From: Octopus sinensis
Taxonomy: Eukaryota
Assembly (NCBI RefSeq): GCF_006345805.1
Contig: NC_043026.1
Coordinates: 744,001 to 808,000 of the forward strand
Length of the DNA stretch: 64,000 bases
Direction: 5' to 3'
Shown: positions 38,447 through 52,200 of the stretch, in pieces
Layout: each line of letters starts with the position of its first letter
Numbering within the stretch: position 1 is the first letter of the stretch
The notes under the pieces: model-generated
Told to the model about the DNA's origin: nothing
The model's input: only the letters and a program-made list of their open reading frames with translations
The model's database searches: none
Made by a program: the position numbers and the translations under genes

Positions 38447-38603
38447 TCTTTGCACTTTTAACGAGTTTTTTTTTAACGGTGACAGGCACAGAGATAGTGT
38501 CAGAGGTGAGAATATGAACGTTATAAATTCTAGTGTTATATTTCGGGCTGGAAGCAACTGGATTAAAAGATATATTGGTTCGGCTATCACAGTATTGTTC
38601 CAT
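38447..38603 (-). CDS. Tentative first coding exon (MEQYCDSRTN...KSAK)
   Basis: ATG at 38603 in unique sequence, open to a weak AGA|gtttgt donor in phase 1. Compatible with the 17-nt exon, but supported by phase fit only. Confidence 0.25.
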
Positions 38604-38751
38604 ATAATAATACAGACACGCAGTTGGGTATTTGTATATAGCAGTATATATATATATATATGTATATAGAATATATATACAGTGTACTATATAGACATAT
38701 AAATGTGTGCACAATGCATTTCAGCATAAGTGTGTGTGCATGTGTGTATAA

Positions 38752-38786
<35 letters not shown>

Positions 38787-38863
38787 CACACACATATATA
38801 TAATATGACTGTGTGTGTATACCTGTGTGTGAGTATACATATGCAACTATATATATATATGTA

Positions 38864-39252
38864 TACTCTTTTACTTGTTTCAGTCATTTGACTGCGGCCA
38901 TGCTGGAGCACCGCCTTTAGTCGAGCAAATCGACCCCGGGACTTATTCTTTGTAAGCCCAGTACTTATTCTATCGGTCCATTTTGCCGAACCGCTAAGTG
39001 ACGGGGACGTAAACACACCAGCATTGGTTGTCAAGCAATGCTAGGGGGACAAACACAAACATACACGCACACATATATATACATATATACGACGGGCTTC
39101 TTTCAGTTTCCGTCTACCAAATCCACTCACAAGGCTTTGGTTGGCCCGAGGCTATAGTAGAAGACACTTGCCCAAGGTGCCACGCAATGGGACTGAACCC
39201 GGAAACATGTGGTTGCAAAACAAGCTACTTACCACACAGCCACTCCTGCGCC
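38864..39252 (-). mobile_element. SINE family A
   Basis: Reverse complement of 1670-2078. A more degenerate copy lies at ~32055-32380. Confidence 0.85.
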
Positions 39253-39335
39253 TATATATAAATTTATATATATATTATACACACACTAAAATTCTCTTTG
39301 GCATTGGTAACAAATGTATAATATACCTATATATC

Positions 39336-39366
<31 letters not shown>

Positions 39367-39813
39367 CATACATATATATATACATATATATATATAAATA
39401 TTTATATCTCCACGCACACATATTTATACATGTGGCCATAGAAAGAACAAGAAACAACAATTTAATTAATTCTCATGTTAAGTCTGTTGTAATTTGTTTA
39501 ATTACTACATTTTAATTAATATGTTAATTTCCAACATATTTAATGCATTTGATTTCATCAATCCCAGTATATAACTGCTACTAATTTTATCCTAACTCTT
39601 TCATTGAGGTCACCCACATAACTGAACATAACTGAATAACACACGATATATTAGTGGGACGCTCTACCGATTCTGTTGTCTGTTGTCCTAATAAAGATTC
39701 CAATCAGAGGAGATGTAAGAACAGAAATTAGGATTTGCTTCTTTGGTGACTGGCATGGTGGGGAACGATACGGTGAAAATTTAAACTGAGATTGTGGAAG
39801 TGTTGAAGGATTG

Positions 39814-40240
39814 CGGTGGTGGTGGTGGTGGTTGTGGTGGTTTTGGCGGTGGTGGTGGTGGTTGTGGTGGTAGTGGTGGTGGTGGTGGTAGTGGTGGTGG
39901 TAGTAGTGGTGGTGGTGGTGGTTGTGGTGGTTTTGGCGGTGGTGGTTGTGGTGGTGGTGGTGGTGGTTCTGGTGGAGGTGGTGGTGGTAGTGGTGGTGGT
40001 CAAGGTGTTGGAGGATGGTGTGGGAATGAAGGTGATGGAAGAGGATTAGTGATCGTGGTGCTGTTGATACAAGCAAGGGTGGTTGAGATGGTAGTTGCTG
40101 TTGGTACAAGTGGTGATGGTCATGGTGATAGAGTTAGTTGTGAGCAGAGCAGTGGAGGTGGTGGCAATGGTGGTACTTTTGGCAGTAGAGTGGTGGTGGT
40201 GGTGGGGGGGGTCGTGGCAGTGGTTGTGGTGGGTAGTTGA
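39814..40240. repeat. (GGT)n tract
   Basis: Visible directly. Other trinucleotide tracts are (GAT)n at 30885-31120 and 31605-31822, and (TAG/TGG)n at 45150-45695. Confidence 0.9.
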
Positions 40241-41269
40241 CGGCATCAGGTGAGGTGGTCATGGTCGTGCAAGAGCTGGCCACATTGTTTTAATGACTCT
40301 GACACTTGTGTTTATGACGGAAGAAGGGTTCGTGACAGTGGATCACAGTGGTAGGGTAATTCACAGTGGTGGCCATGGTGGGAAGGAAGGCGTGAACGGA
40401 GATGGAGAGAAATAATAATGCTAGAGGGAGATCAGTGGATGGAAGGTGGGGCAAATTATTTTTGGAAGAAGCATAAAGTATAAAGTTAAACAAACTGAAT
40501 GAACTATTCTGCCCTAATATATAACTGGTACTTTAATGTAATCAACCGCTTCCCTTGTTTTTTAAATTTTTTCCAAGGAGGAATGGAAGACTAAATGAAC
40601 TCAAGAAACATCACAGGAATACATCTCTCTCTCTCTCTCTCTCTTTTGCTCTCTCTGTCTTTCTCTTTCTATCAGTCTATCTCACCCTATACGCTGCGTC
40701 AAGATGGCACCATCACTTCACAACTCTAAGAAAGATAGCAGATTGAAATGCAATAGATCGATACTAGGGTCATAAATATGGGTGACAGTTTCACCATTTC
40801 ATATGGCACCGCTAGAAAAAAACTGCCGGTCAAACCGAAGAGATCCTAACAATTCCTTAATTTCTCCATCTATCGGTTTTTAGAATCTTGTCCCCTTTTA
40901 TCTCATTCACTTTCATCAGTGGTACAATTAATTAATGTTCAATGTCGACATTTAGATAAATGATTAATATTAAGTATTCAATAATTTATGCGTGTAAGAA
41001 ATTTCACAACATCAGTCGATGCATTCTGTTATTTTATATACACGACAATCAGTAGAGTTTTGTCAACAATTGCGGGTGCATCATCTAAAAATTCTTCCTA
41101 AAACCGTTATATTGAGTACAAAAAAGAGGTTCATGAAATGGATATATATATATATATACACACACACATATACACAAAGATAAATACATATATGTACACA
41201 TAATCATTTATATATCTATATGTACACCTACCCACACACACACATATATATACACACACACATATATAT

Positions 41270-41314
<45 letters not shown>

Positions 41315-42312
41315 CACACATGCAAAATATACATACATATATATATGTATATAATATCTCCCCACTGCCTGTACATTGTACAGATTTTTTTCTAGATATG
41401 AATAAAGTGGAAAAAAAAAAGGATACATTTATTAATCTTTATCCTAGATATAACACAATTAATTTTAAAAGTGATTGATTAGGGAAGGATTAGGAAAGAC
41501 TAAATCAATTAATTAATTAATTAATTAATTAATTATAAAAAAGATGTTCCAACAGCACACTCACACAAACATATACCTACATATACATGTACATATATGT
41601 CTGTATGTGTGTACATATGTGTGTGTGTGTGTGAACACGCAAATCAGCGTGTTTATTTTGCGTTTACAATTGTATGTATATGTTAATATACACATTATAC
41701 ACATCATACTCATTACATACACAAATTAGTTTGTGTGTAAACATCAAGTGAACTCTGAAGTTGGCTAAGAGAATGTCTGACAATATATATATTATATGTC
41801 AATTATTATAACTGTACAAATGTTTATACAGAGGTGTTTTGATGCGATTGTCAGTGGAAATCTGTCAGAGAAAGGGTTTGTATTTTATGCTGGATTTGTT
41901 TTCAGCTGACAGTTGTTGATTTCGCACGTTAAATAGAGTTTGATTAGAGATCTGACGAAGATTTGTTCGTGTATTGTTTTGACTAGCTCTAACGAGCGAA
42001 AGGACAGCCATCACTACTTCAGAGCACTTCATCAAAATAACCGACGGAGGTCAGTAATTTGCATCATTCTTTTATAAACTTGGTAAAGTACCAAAGAAAA
42101 AAATTTGGTCACAACATATGTGGATAGAGAACGTTCCACAAAGTAAATATTTTTCCTTACTTAAAACTCACACATGACCCTAATATTTACATACGTATGT
42201 GATACATCCATACATACAACACACACACACACACACACACACAACACACACATATATATAGATATATATATATATATATATATACATATATATCTATATA
42301 TATATATGTATA

Positions 42313-42359
<47 letters not shown>

Positions 42360-42386
42360 ATATATATATATGTATATAATATATAG

Positions 42387-42417
<31 letters not shown>

Positions 42418-42885
42418 GTATATGATATATATATGTTATAATGTATATATAGGTAATATATGTATATATATATAATATATATATGTATAGATATATATAT
42501 ATGTATTACATATTATATATATATATATAATATATATACAAACACATATACACACATATGTATATATATATATGATAAATTAAATATACATATATAAGTG
42601 ACATATATACGATAAACACTGTAGAATATATGCATAAAATACATATGCTTCATATATACATACATCCATCCATCATATATACATACACATACACACACAC
42701 TCAAACGCTACGCACGGACGTACTCATTAATCTCTAAACAGTATTATTTGGCAAGTATTAGCAAATCAAGATTTTAAATATCACATGAGACACAACTCTT
42801 TCACACACAGTACAGACTGATTCACGAATCTAATGAAGAGTTGTAAAAACTTTGGTATTTATATATATATATATATATATATATA

Positions 42886-43270
42886 AGCAATAATAATAAG
42901 GGGTAAAATTAATTAATCAGTTTATAATTAATAATCTTACCAAATAGCTCAGAACCATTATCGGTAAACTTATACAAAAATTATTATAATTATAAACATA
43001 ATTGTAATTAGGGCTTGGCAAAATTGCTTCACCACATACCGAAATTTAGAAATAGCAGTTAAATACTATCCTTCTACCATAAGATAACACCCAGACAGCA
43101 ATACTCTCAACACACACAGGGAAAGAGGTCGGACTCCTTATTTTTTCTCTTTGCCTCTGTGTGTTGAGAGTATTGCTGCTCTGGGAGTTATCTGATGGTA
43201 GAAGGATAGTATTAACTGCTATTTCTAAATTTCAGCATGTGGTGAAAGCAATTTGCAAAGCCCTAATTAT

Positions 43271-43272
<2 letters not shown>
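42886..43272. mobile_element. Fold-back element, family 2, copy 2
   Basis: Shares GCTTCACCACATAC.GAAATTTAGAAATAGCA arms and the tail with 6160-6495. Arms ~43005-43128 / 43148-43272, flanked by TA runs. Confidence 0.75.
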
Positions 43273-43315
<43 letters not shown>

Positions 43316-44694
43316 TAGACATACATACATATCTATCTCTCTCTATATACATATATATCAATGTAAAACTTGTAATAGAGCTTTTGGAAGTGCTTTGGAT
43401 ATTTTTTCTATGTACTTATAAGTATATTATGATATGCAGTGGCATATCTGTAGTGATATATGCAATATAATATATATATATAATATATATATTGATATAT
43501 ATACCATATTTTATATATATATATTTAGATATATACATATATGTGAATATGTATGTTTAAAATTCACATATAAATATCTACATACATATATGTATACACA
43601 CATATATATGTGTATATATATATATATATATATACATATATATAGCCATTTATTAATGGCATTGTCTACAGAAGCATTTGTTAGTGTCAAACAACACAAG
43701 GTGTGTATTTTATAAACTTTACTATAATAGTAATAATAACAATAATAATAATAATATAATTATTATTATTATTACTATTATTATAGTAAAATAATAACAA
43801 TAATAATAATTATTATTATTATTATAATGATAATAATAATAAAGACAATAATTTTGATTATAGGCTCAAGGCCAAGAAACTTTGTAGGGGAGGGTACAGT
43901 GGATTAAATTAGCTCATTAATTAACTTTATTTTATCAACTCCCAGAATGGATAAGTTGACAGCTTTTCGAGATTTGAACCCAAAACTAAATACTGTGAAG
44001 GCATTTCTTTGCTATTCTTCATTCTCTCGGTTTCATTCCGCTAAGTTATCAATCACACTGTACTACCTCAAAATACAGTACAAATATTGTTTGTTTGTAT
44101 TACGTAGAAAAAAAAAAATTTCATGAAAAAAAAACAAAAAACAACCGTTATAAGGCATTTTGCCGTTACCCAAAAACCAACTTCATTTTGGGTAACCGAC
44201 TAGTTTTTCGAAGAGGAGTATATGCGGATTCTGAAATAGAACACGTGTCACAGTTAGATGTGGAGTTCTAAAACAGAAATAACTTCTTATATATATTAAT
44301 ATACATACATAAATATATATTTATATATATCTATACATATATATATTTATGTTGTATACATATCATTTTCGTCGCAAGGCCAAGTGTATAAACTGTATTT
44401 ACACCATGATTTGATATTTCGAAATTTTTAAAATTATAATCGAGTCTCTTTAAAAAAAATAAACTTGATGACACATTCACCCAAGAACCATGTAATTTGG
44501 GATTGGTTTAAGTCAATGAATCACAAAAAAAAAAAAAAAAATAAATTAAAACGTCCTCATAAATATTTGTTGTTTTATCCTGATAATATGATTCGTCATC
44601 GTCATAATCGCTTTTATATGGGCATTTTGTTTGTTTCCTGTTAAAATGAATTCAGTTGTACAACCATGGGACTTTGAATTGTTTCATTTCATAG

Positions 44695-44760
44695 ATGTGG
44701 AGCAGACCTTGAGTGAAAGAACAATCTGTGGGCAAAGGGACATTTGTCTGCACGAACAGG
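44695..44760 (+). CDS. Candidate 66-nt exon of a second, plus-strand gene
   Basis: gtttcatttcatag|ATGTGG...GAACAGG|gtgagt. Only the phase 1-1 frame is open: (D)VEQTLSERTICGQRDICLHEQ(G). It could also be a UTR exon. Confidence 0.5.
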
Positions 44761-44922
44761 GTGAGTATAAAAGTATATTTTATATATATATAGACAGAAG
44801 TCACCCTGGAACATGCAAAAGTCTTACGTGATCAGTAGAATTTTAAGAGTTTGAAATTTTAAAAATGATATATCACAGTGGTGCTAAATAGCCACCGATT
44901 TACTGAAAGCAAGCAGTAGTAG

Positions 44923-45022
44923 NNNNNNNNNNNNNNNNNNNNNNNNNNNNNNNNNNNNNNNNNNNNNNNNNNNNNNNNNNNNNNNNNNNNNNNNNNNNNN
45001 NNNNNNNNNNNNNNNNNNNNNN
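44923..45022. other. Assembly gap (100 N)
   Basis: Run of 100 N, a typical placeholder of unknown true size. Confidence 0.99.
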
Positions 45023-45626
45023 GTACAATATTAATTAGTTAATTAATGGCGATGGTTAATGACAATGTGAATGTGCTTTAACGAGAGAATTTAACTGAAA
45101 GAGAAATAAAAAAAAAATTTCAACAGAGATCGACAATGAAAGTGGTTTAGTGGCAGCAGTAGTACTAGCTGTACCAGTATAGTAGTAGTAGTAGTAGTAG
45201 TAGCTAGTTAGTGTTAGTGGTTGTGATTATGATTGTGGTAGTGGTAGGGTTGATGGTGGTGGTGGGGTGGAGGGTGAGGTGATAATAGCAGCAGTGGTGG
45301 TAGTGGTGGTGGTGGTGGAGATGGTAGAGTCAGTAGTGGTAGTATTAGTAGTAGTAGTCGTAGTAGCAGCAGTAGTAGTGGTGGTGGGGTGGTAGTAGTA
45401 TAGTAATACTAGTAGTAGTAGTAACAGTAATGGTGGTGGCTGGGTGGTGATGGTGGTAGTTGTAGCAGTGGTGGTGGCAGTAGTAGTAGTGGTTATAGTA
45501 GTAGTAGTATGTGTAGTGGTGGGTAGTAGTAGTAGTAGTAGTAGAGGATAGTGGTGGTGGGTAGTAGTAGTAGTAGTAGTGTATAGTAGTGGTGTGATGG
45601 TGGTAGTCAAATAGTGACAGTGGTGA

Positions 45627-45664
<38 letters not shown>

Positions 45665-45836
45665 TAGTAGTAGTAGTGGTAGTATAAGTAGTAGTAAACT
45701 GGCCCCTATTGAAATTCTTACACAAAATATATATGCACTGAGAACCATTATATGTATATATGTATATATATATCATATATATAATCATATAATATATCAT
45801 ATATATAAAAGAGAGAGAGTAAAGAGTATATATTAT

Positions 45837-45878
<42 letters not shown>

Positions 45879-46081
45879 ATTATATATATATATATATCTA
45901 TATCTATAAATATCTATATATATGTATATATTATATATATATATATATATATGTATATTATATATATATATATATATATCTATATCTATAAATATCTATA
46001 TATATGTATAATATTATATATATATATAATATATATATATATGTGTATCATATATATAAAGATATATAATACTATATATAT

Positions 46082-46204
46082 TACGTTTATATATTGTTTT
46101 GCAAGATTCTTGATGTGAAATCGTGTGTTGAAAACAGAGTTGTTGGTTTAGGAATGGTATTATTGGGCTAAACTGGCAAATGACCATCCTAAATACAACA
46201 ATAT
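46082..46204 (+). mobile_element. Family 3 remnant at the satellite junction
   Basis: Diverged tail (TACGTTTATATATTG...GTGTGTTGAAA) and collapsed arm ends, directly abutting the 300-bp array. Confidence 0.65.
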
Positions 46205-46205
46205 A

Positions 46206-49200
46206 ATATTTATCTTACTATTTTATTTCGTTGTTACTACGTTTCTTCATACATGTTACGAAAATTTAACCTTTTAGGCTATATTTCAAGCCTTCGCCAT
46301 AACTTGATTATCTTTCTATCTCTCTCTACAAAATTTAACCTTAGGCCAGGCTACCTCAAGCGTCGTAACCCTATTCTTCCCATCTCTTCCCATCTCTTTC
46401 CATCTCTCAGCCATTGGCGGTCTTTTTTCCTCCTCTCACCATTACGATTCTATAATTAAATTCCCAATTCAATTTCAACTCCCGTTCGATGTCCGCAGCA
46501 AGTTCTTAAAAATTTATCTTACTATTTTATTCGTTGTTACTACGTTTCTTCATACATTGTTACGAAATTTAACCTTTTAGGCTACTTTCAAGCCTTCGCC
46601 ATAACTTGATTTATCTTTCTATCTCTCTCTCTACAAAATTTAACCTTAGGCCAGGCTACCTCAAGCCGTAACCCATCTCTTCCATCTCTTCCATCTCTTT
46701 CATCTCTCAGCCATTGGCGGTCTTTTTTCTCCTCTCACCATTACGATTCTATAATTAAATTCCCAATTCAATTTCAACTCCCGTTCGATGTCCGCAGCAA
46801 GTTCTTAAAAATTTATCTTACTATTTTATTCGTTGTTACTACGTTTCTTCATACATTGTTACGAAAATTTAACCTTTTAGGCTACTTTCAAGCCTTCGCC
46901 ATAACTTGATTTATCTTTCTATCTCTCTCTCTACAAAATTTAACCTTAGGCCAGGCTACCTCAAGCCGTAACCTATCTCTTCCCATCTCTTCCCATCTCT
47001 TTCATCCTCAGCCATTGGCGGTCTTTTTTTCCTCCTCTCACCATTACGATTCTATAATTTAAATTCCCAATTCAATTTCAACTCCCGTTCGATGTCCGCA
47101 GCAAGTTCTTAAAAATTTATCTTACTATTTTATTCGTTGTTACTACGTTTCTTCATACATTGTTACGAAAATTTAACCTTTTAGGCTACTTTCAAGCCTT
47201 CGCCATAACTTGATTTATCTTTCTATCTCTCTCTCTACAAAATTTAACCTTAGGCCAGGCTACCTCAAGCCGTAACCTTCTCTCCTATCTCTTCCCATCT
47301 CTTTCCATCTCTCAGCCATTGGCGGTCTTTTTTCCTCCTCTCACCATTACGATTCTATAATTTAAATTCCCAATTCAATTTCAACTCCCGTTCGATGTCC
47401 GCAGCAAGTTCTTAAAAATTTATCTTACTATTTTATTCGTTGTTACTACGTTTCTTCATACATTGTTACGAAAATTTAACCTTTTAGGCTACTTTCAAGC
47501 CTTCGCCATAACTTGATTTATCTTCTATCTCTCTCTCTACAAAATTTAACCTTAGGCCAGGCTACCTCAAGCCGTAATCCTATCTCTTCCCATCTCTTCC
47601 CATCTCTTTCATCTTCAGCCATTGGCGGTCTTTTTCCTCCTCTCACCATTACGATTCTATAATTTAAATTCCCAATTCAATTTCAACTCCCGTTCGATGT
47701 CCGCAGCAAGTTCTTAAAAATTTATCTTACTATTTATTCGTTGTTACTACGTTTCTTCATACATTGTTACGAAAATTTAACCTTTTAGGCTATTTTCAAG
47801 CCTTCGCCATAACTTGATTTATCTTCTATCTCTCTCTACAAAATTAACCTTAGGCCAGGCTACCTCAAGCCGTAACCCTATCTCTTCCCATCTCTTTCCT
47901 TCAGCCATTGGCGGTCTTTTTTCCTCCTCTCACCATTACGATTCTATAATTTAAATTCCCAATTCAATTTCAACTCCCGTTCGATGTCCGCAGCAAGTTC
48001 TTAAAAATTTATCTTACTATTTATTCGTTGTTACTACGTTTCTTCATACATTGTTACGAAAATTTAACCTTTTAGGCTACTTTCAAGCCTTCGCCATAAC
48101 TTGATTTATCTTTCTATCTCTCTCTCTACAAAATTTAACCTTAGGCCAGGCTACCTCAAGCCGTAACCCTATCTCTTCCATCTCTTCCATCTCTTTCCAT
48201 CTCTCAGCCTGGCGGTCTTTTTTCCTCCTCTCACCATTACGATTCTATAATTTAAATTCCCAATTCAATTTCAACTCCCGTTCGATGTCCGCAGCAAGTT
48301 CTTAAAAATTTATCTTACTATTTTATTCGTTTTACTACGTTTCTTCATACATTGTTACGAAAATTTAACCTTTTAGGCTACTTTCAAGCCTTCGCCATAA
48401 TAACTGATTTATCTTTCTATCTCTCTCTCTACAAAATTTAACCTTAGGCCAGGCTACCTCAAGCCGTAATCCTATCTCTTCCCATCTCTTCCCATCTCTT
48501 TCCATCTCTCAGCCATTGGCGGTCTTTTTCCTCCTCTCACCATTACGATTCTATAATTTAAATTCCCAATTCAATTTCAACTCCCGTTCGATGTCCGCAG
48601 CAAGTTCTTAAAAATTTATCTTACTATTTTATTCGTTGTTACTACGTTTCTTCATACATTGTTACGAAAATTTAACCTTTTAGGCTACTTTCAAGCCTTC
48701 GCCATAACTTGATTTATCTTTCTATCTCTCTCTACAAAATTTAACCTTAGGCCAGGCTACCTCAAGCCGTAATCCTATCTCTTCCATCTCTTCCCATCTC
48801 TTTCCATCCTCAGCCATTGGCGGTCTTTTTTTCCTCCTCTCACCATTACGATTCTATAATTTAAATTCCCAATTCAATTTCAACTCCCGTTCGATGTCCG
48901 CAGCAAGTTCTTAAAAATTTATCTTACTATTTTATTCGTTGTTACTACGTTTCTTCATACATTGTTACGAAAATTTAACCTTTTAGGCTACTTTCAAGCC
49001 TTCGCCATAACTTGATTTATCTTTCTATCTCTCTCTCTACAAAATTTAACCTTAGGCCAGGCTACCTCAAGCCGTAATCCTATCTCTTCCCATCTCTTCC
49101 CATCTCTTTCCATCTCTCAGCCATTGGCGGTCTTTTTTCCTCCTCTCACCATTACGATTCTATAATTTAAATTCCCAATTCAATTTCAACTCCCGTTCGA

Positions 49201-52200
49201 TGTCCGCAGCAAGTTCTTAAAAATTTATCTTACTATTTTATTCGTTGTTACTACGTTCTTTCTTATACATTGTTACGAAAATTAACCTTTTAGGCTACTT
49301 TCAAGCCTTCGCCATAACTTGATTTATCTTTCTATCTCTCTCTCTACAAAATTTAACCTTAGGCCAGGCTACCTCAAGCCGTAACCCAATATCCCATCTC
49401 TTTCCATCTCTCAGCCATTGGCGGTCTTTTTTCCCTCTCTCACCATTACGATTCTATAATTTAAATTCCAATTCAATTTCAACTCCCGTTCGATGTCCGC
49501 AGCAAGTTCTTAAAAATTTATCTTACTATTTTATTCGTTGTTACTACGTTTCTTCATACATTGTTACGAAAATTTAACCTTTTAGGCTACTTTCAAGCCT
49601 TCGCCATAACTTGATTTATCTTTCTATCTCTCTCTCTACAAAAATTAACCTTAGGCCAGGCTACCTCAAGCCGTAATCCTATCTCTTCCATCTCTTCCCA
49701 TCTTTCCATCTTTCAGCCATTGGCGGTCTTTTTTCCTCCTCTCACCATTACGATTCTATAATTTAAATTCCCAATTCAATTTCAACTCCCGTTCGATGTC
49801 CGCAGCAAGTTCTTAAAAATTTATCTTACTATTTTATTCGTTGTTACTACGTTTCTTCATACATTGTTACGAAAATTTAACCTTTTAGGCTACTTTCAAG
49901 CCTTCGCCATAACTTGATTTATCTTTCTATCTCTCTCTCTACAAAATTTAACCTTAGGCCAGGCTACTCAAGCCCGTAACCCTATCTCTTCCCATCTCTT
50001 CCATCTCTCAGCCATTGGCGGTCTTTTTTCCTCCTCTCACCATTACGATTCTATAATTTAAATTCCCAATTCAATTTCAACTCCCGTTCGATGTCCGCAG
50101 CAAGTTCTTAAAATTTATCTTACTATTTTATTCGTTGTTACTACGTTTCTTCATACATTGTTACGAAAATTTAACCTTTTAGGCTACTTTCAAGCCTTCG
50201 CCATAACTTGATTTATCTTTCTATCTCTCTCTCTACAAAATTTAACCTTAGGCCAGGCTACCTCAAGCCGTAACCCTATCTCTTCCATCTCTTCCCATCT
50301 CTTCCATCTTCAGCCATTGGCGGTCTTTTTTCCTCCTCTCACCATTACGATTCTATAATTTAAATTCCCAATTCAATTTCAACTCCCGTTCGATGTCCGC
50401 AGCAAGTTCTTAAAAATTTATCTTACTATTTTATTCGTTGTTACTACGTTTCTTCATACATTGTTACGAAAATTTAACCTTTTAGGCTACTTTCAAGCCT
50501 TCGCCATAACTTGATTTATCTTTCTATCTCTCTCTCTACAAAATTTAACCTTAGGCCAGGCTACCTCAAGCCGTAACCTATCTCTTCCCATCTCTTCCAT
50601 CTCTTTCATCTCTCAGCCATTGGCGGTCTTTTTTTCCTCCTCTCACCATTACGATTCTATAATTTAAATTCCCAATTCAATTTCAACTCCCGTTCGATGT
50701 CCGCAGCAAGTTCTTAAAAATTTATCTTACTATTTTATTCGTTGTTACTACGTTTCTTCATACATTGTTACGAAAATTTAACCTTCTAGGCTACTTTCAA
50801 GCCTTCGCCATAACTTGATTTATCTTTCTATCTCTCTCTCTACAAAATTTAACCTTAGGCCAGGCTACCTCAAGCCGTAATCCTATCTCTTCCCATCTCT
50901 TCCCATCTCTTTCCATCTTTCAGCCATTGGCGGTCTTTTTTCCTCCTCTCACCATTACGATTCTATAATTTAAATTCCCAATTCAATTTCAACTCCCGTT
51001 CGATGTCCGCAGCAAGTTCTTAAAATTTATCTTACTATTTTATTCGTTGTTACTACGTTTCTTCATACATTGTTACGAAAATTTAACCTTTTAGGCTACT
51101 TTCAAGCCTTCGCCATAACTTGATTTATCTTTCTATCTCTCTCTCTACAAAATTTAACCTTAGGCCAGGCTACCTCAAGCCGTAATCCTATCTCTTTCCC
51201 ATTCTTTCCATCTTTCAGCCATTGGCGGTCTTTTTTCCTCCTCTCACCATTACGATTCTATAATTTAAATTCCCAATTCAATTTCAACTCCCGTTCGATG
51301 TCCGCAGCAAGTTCTTAAAAATTTATCTTACTATTTTATTCGTTGTTACTACGTTTCTTCATACATTGTTACGAAAATTTAACCTTTTAGGCTACTTTCA
51401 AGCCTTCGCCATAACTTGATTTATCTTTCTATCTCTCTCTCTACAAAATTTAACCTTAGGCCAGGCTACCTCAAGCCGTAACCTATCTCTTCCCATCTTT
51501 CCCATCTCTTCCATCTCTCAGCCATTGGCGGTCTTTTTCCTCCTCTCACCATTACGATTCTATAATTAAATTCCCAATTCAATTTCAACTCCCGTTCGAT
51601 GTCCGCAGCAAGTTCTTAAAAATTTATCTTACTATTTTATTCGTTGTTACTACGTTTCTTCATACATTGTTACGAAAATTTAACCTTTTAGGCTACTTTC
51701 AAGCCTTCGCCATAACTTGATTTATCTTTCTATCTCTCTCTCTACAAAATTTAACCTTAGGCCAGGCTACCTCAAGCCGTAATCCTATCTCTTCCCATCT
51801 CTTCCATCTCTTTCCATCTTTCAGCCATTGGCGGTCTTTTTTCCTCCTCTCACCATTACGATTCTATAATTTAAATTCCCAATTCAATTTCAACTCCCGT
51901 TCGATGTCCGCAGCAAGTTCTTAAAAATTTATCTTACTATTTTATTCGTTGTTTACTACGTTTCTTCATACATTGTTACGAAAATTTAACCTTTTAGGCT
52001 ACTTTCAAGCCTTCGCCATAACTTGATTTATCTTTCTATCTCTCTCTCTACAAAATTTAACCTTAGGCCAGGCTACCTCAAGCCGTAATCCTATCTCTCC
52101 ATCTCTTCCCATCTTTCATCTCTCAGCCATTGGCGGTCTTTTTTTCCTCCTCTCACCATTACGATTCTATAATTTAAATTCCCAATTCAATTTCAACTCC

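Noticed and set aside
39651-40109. His-rich 152-aa ORF as an upstream exon (phase-1 TCG|gtagag at ~39668)
   Set aside because: It is mostly (ACC)n repeat, starts at TTG, has an in-frame stop just upstream and no convincing acceptor.
83-46118. Dozens of ORFs rich in YI, CV, HT, poly-I/M/D/G/T
   Set aside because: They are translations of di- and trinucleotide microsatellites.
46579-46594. GGCTACTTTCAAGCC resembling the histone 3' stem-loop
   Set aside because: It has only a 4-bp stem rather than the 6-bp stem and 4-nt loop, and there is no histone ORF.
46630-46670. Spliced-leader RNA gene idea (minus strand TTGAG|GTAG then AAATTTTGT)
   Set aside because: The donor is weak, the Sm-like site is imperfect and no third stem-loop is evident. 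It would need leader-bearing mRNAs as evidence.
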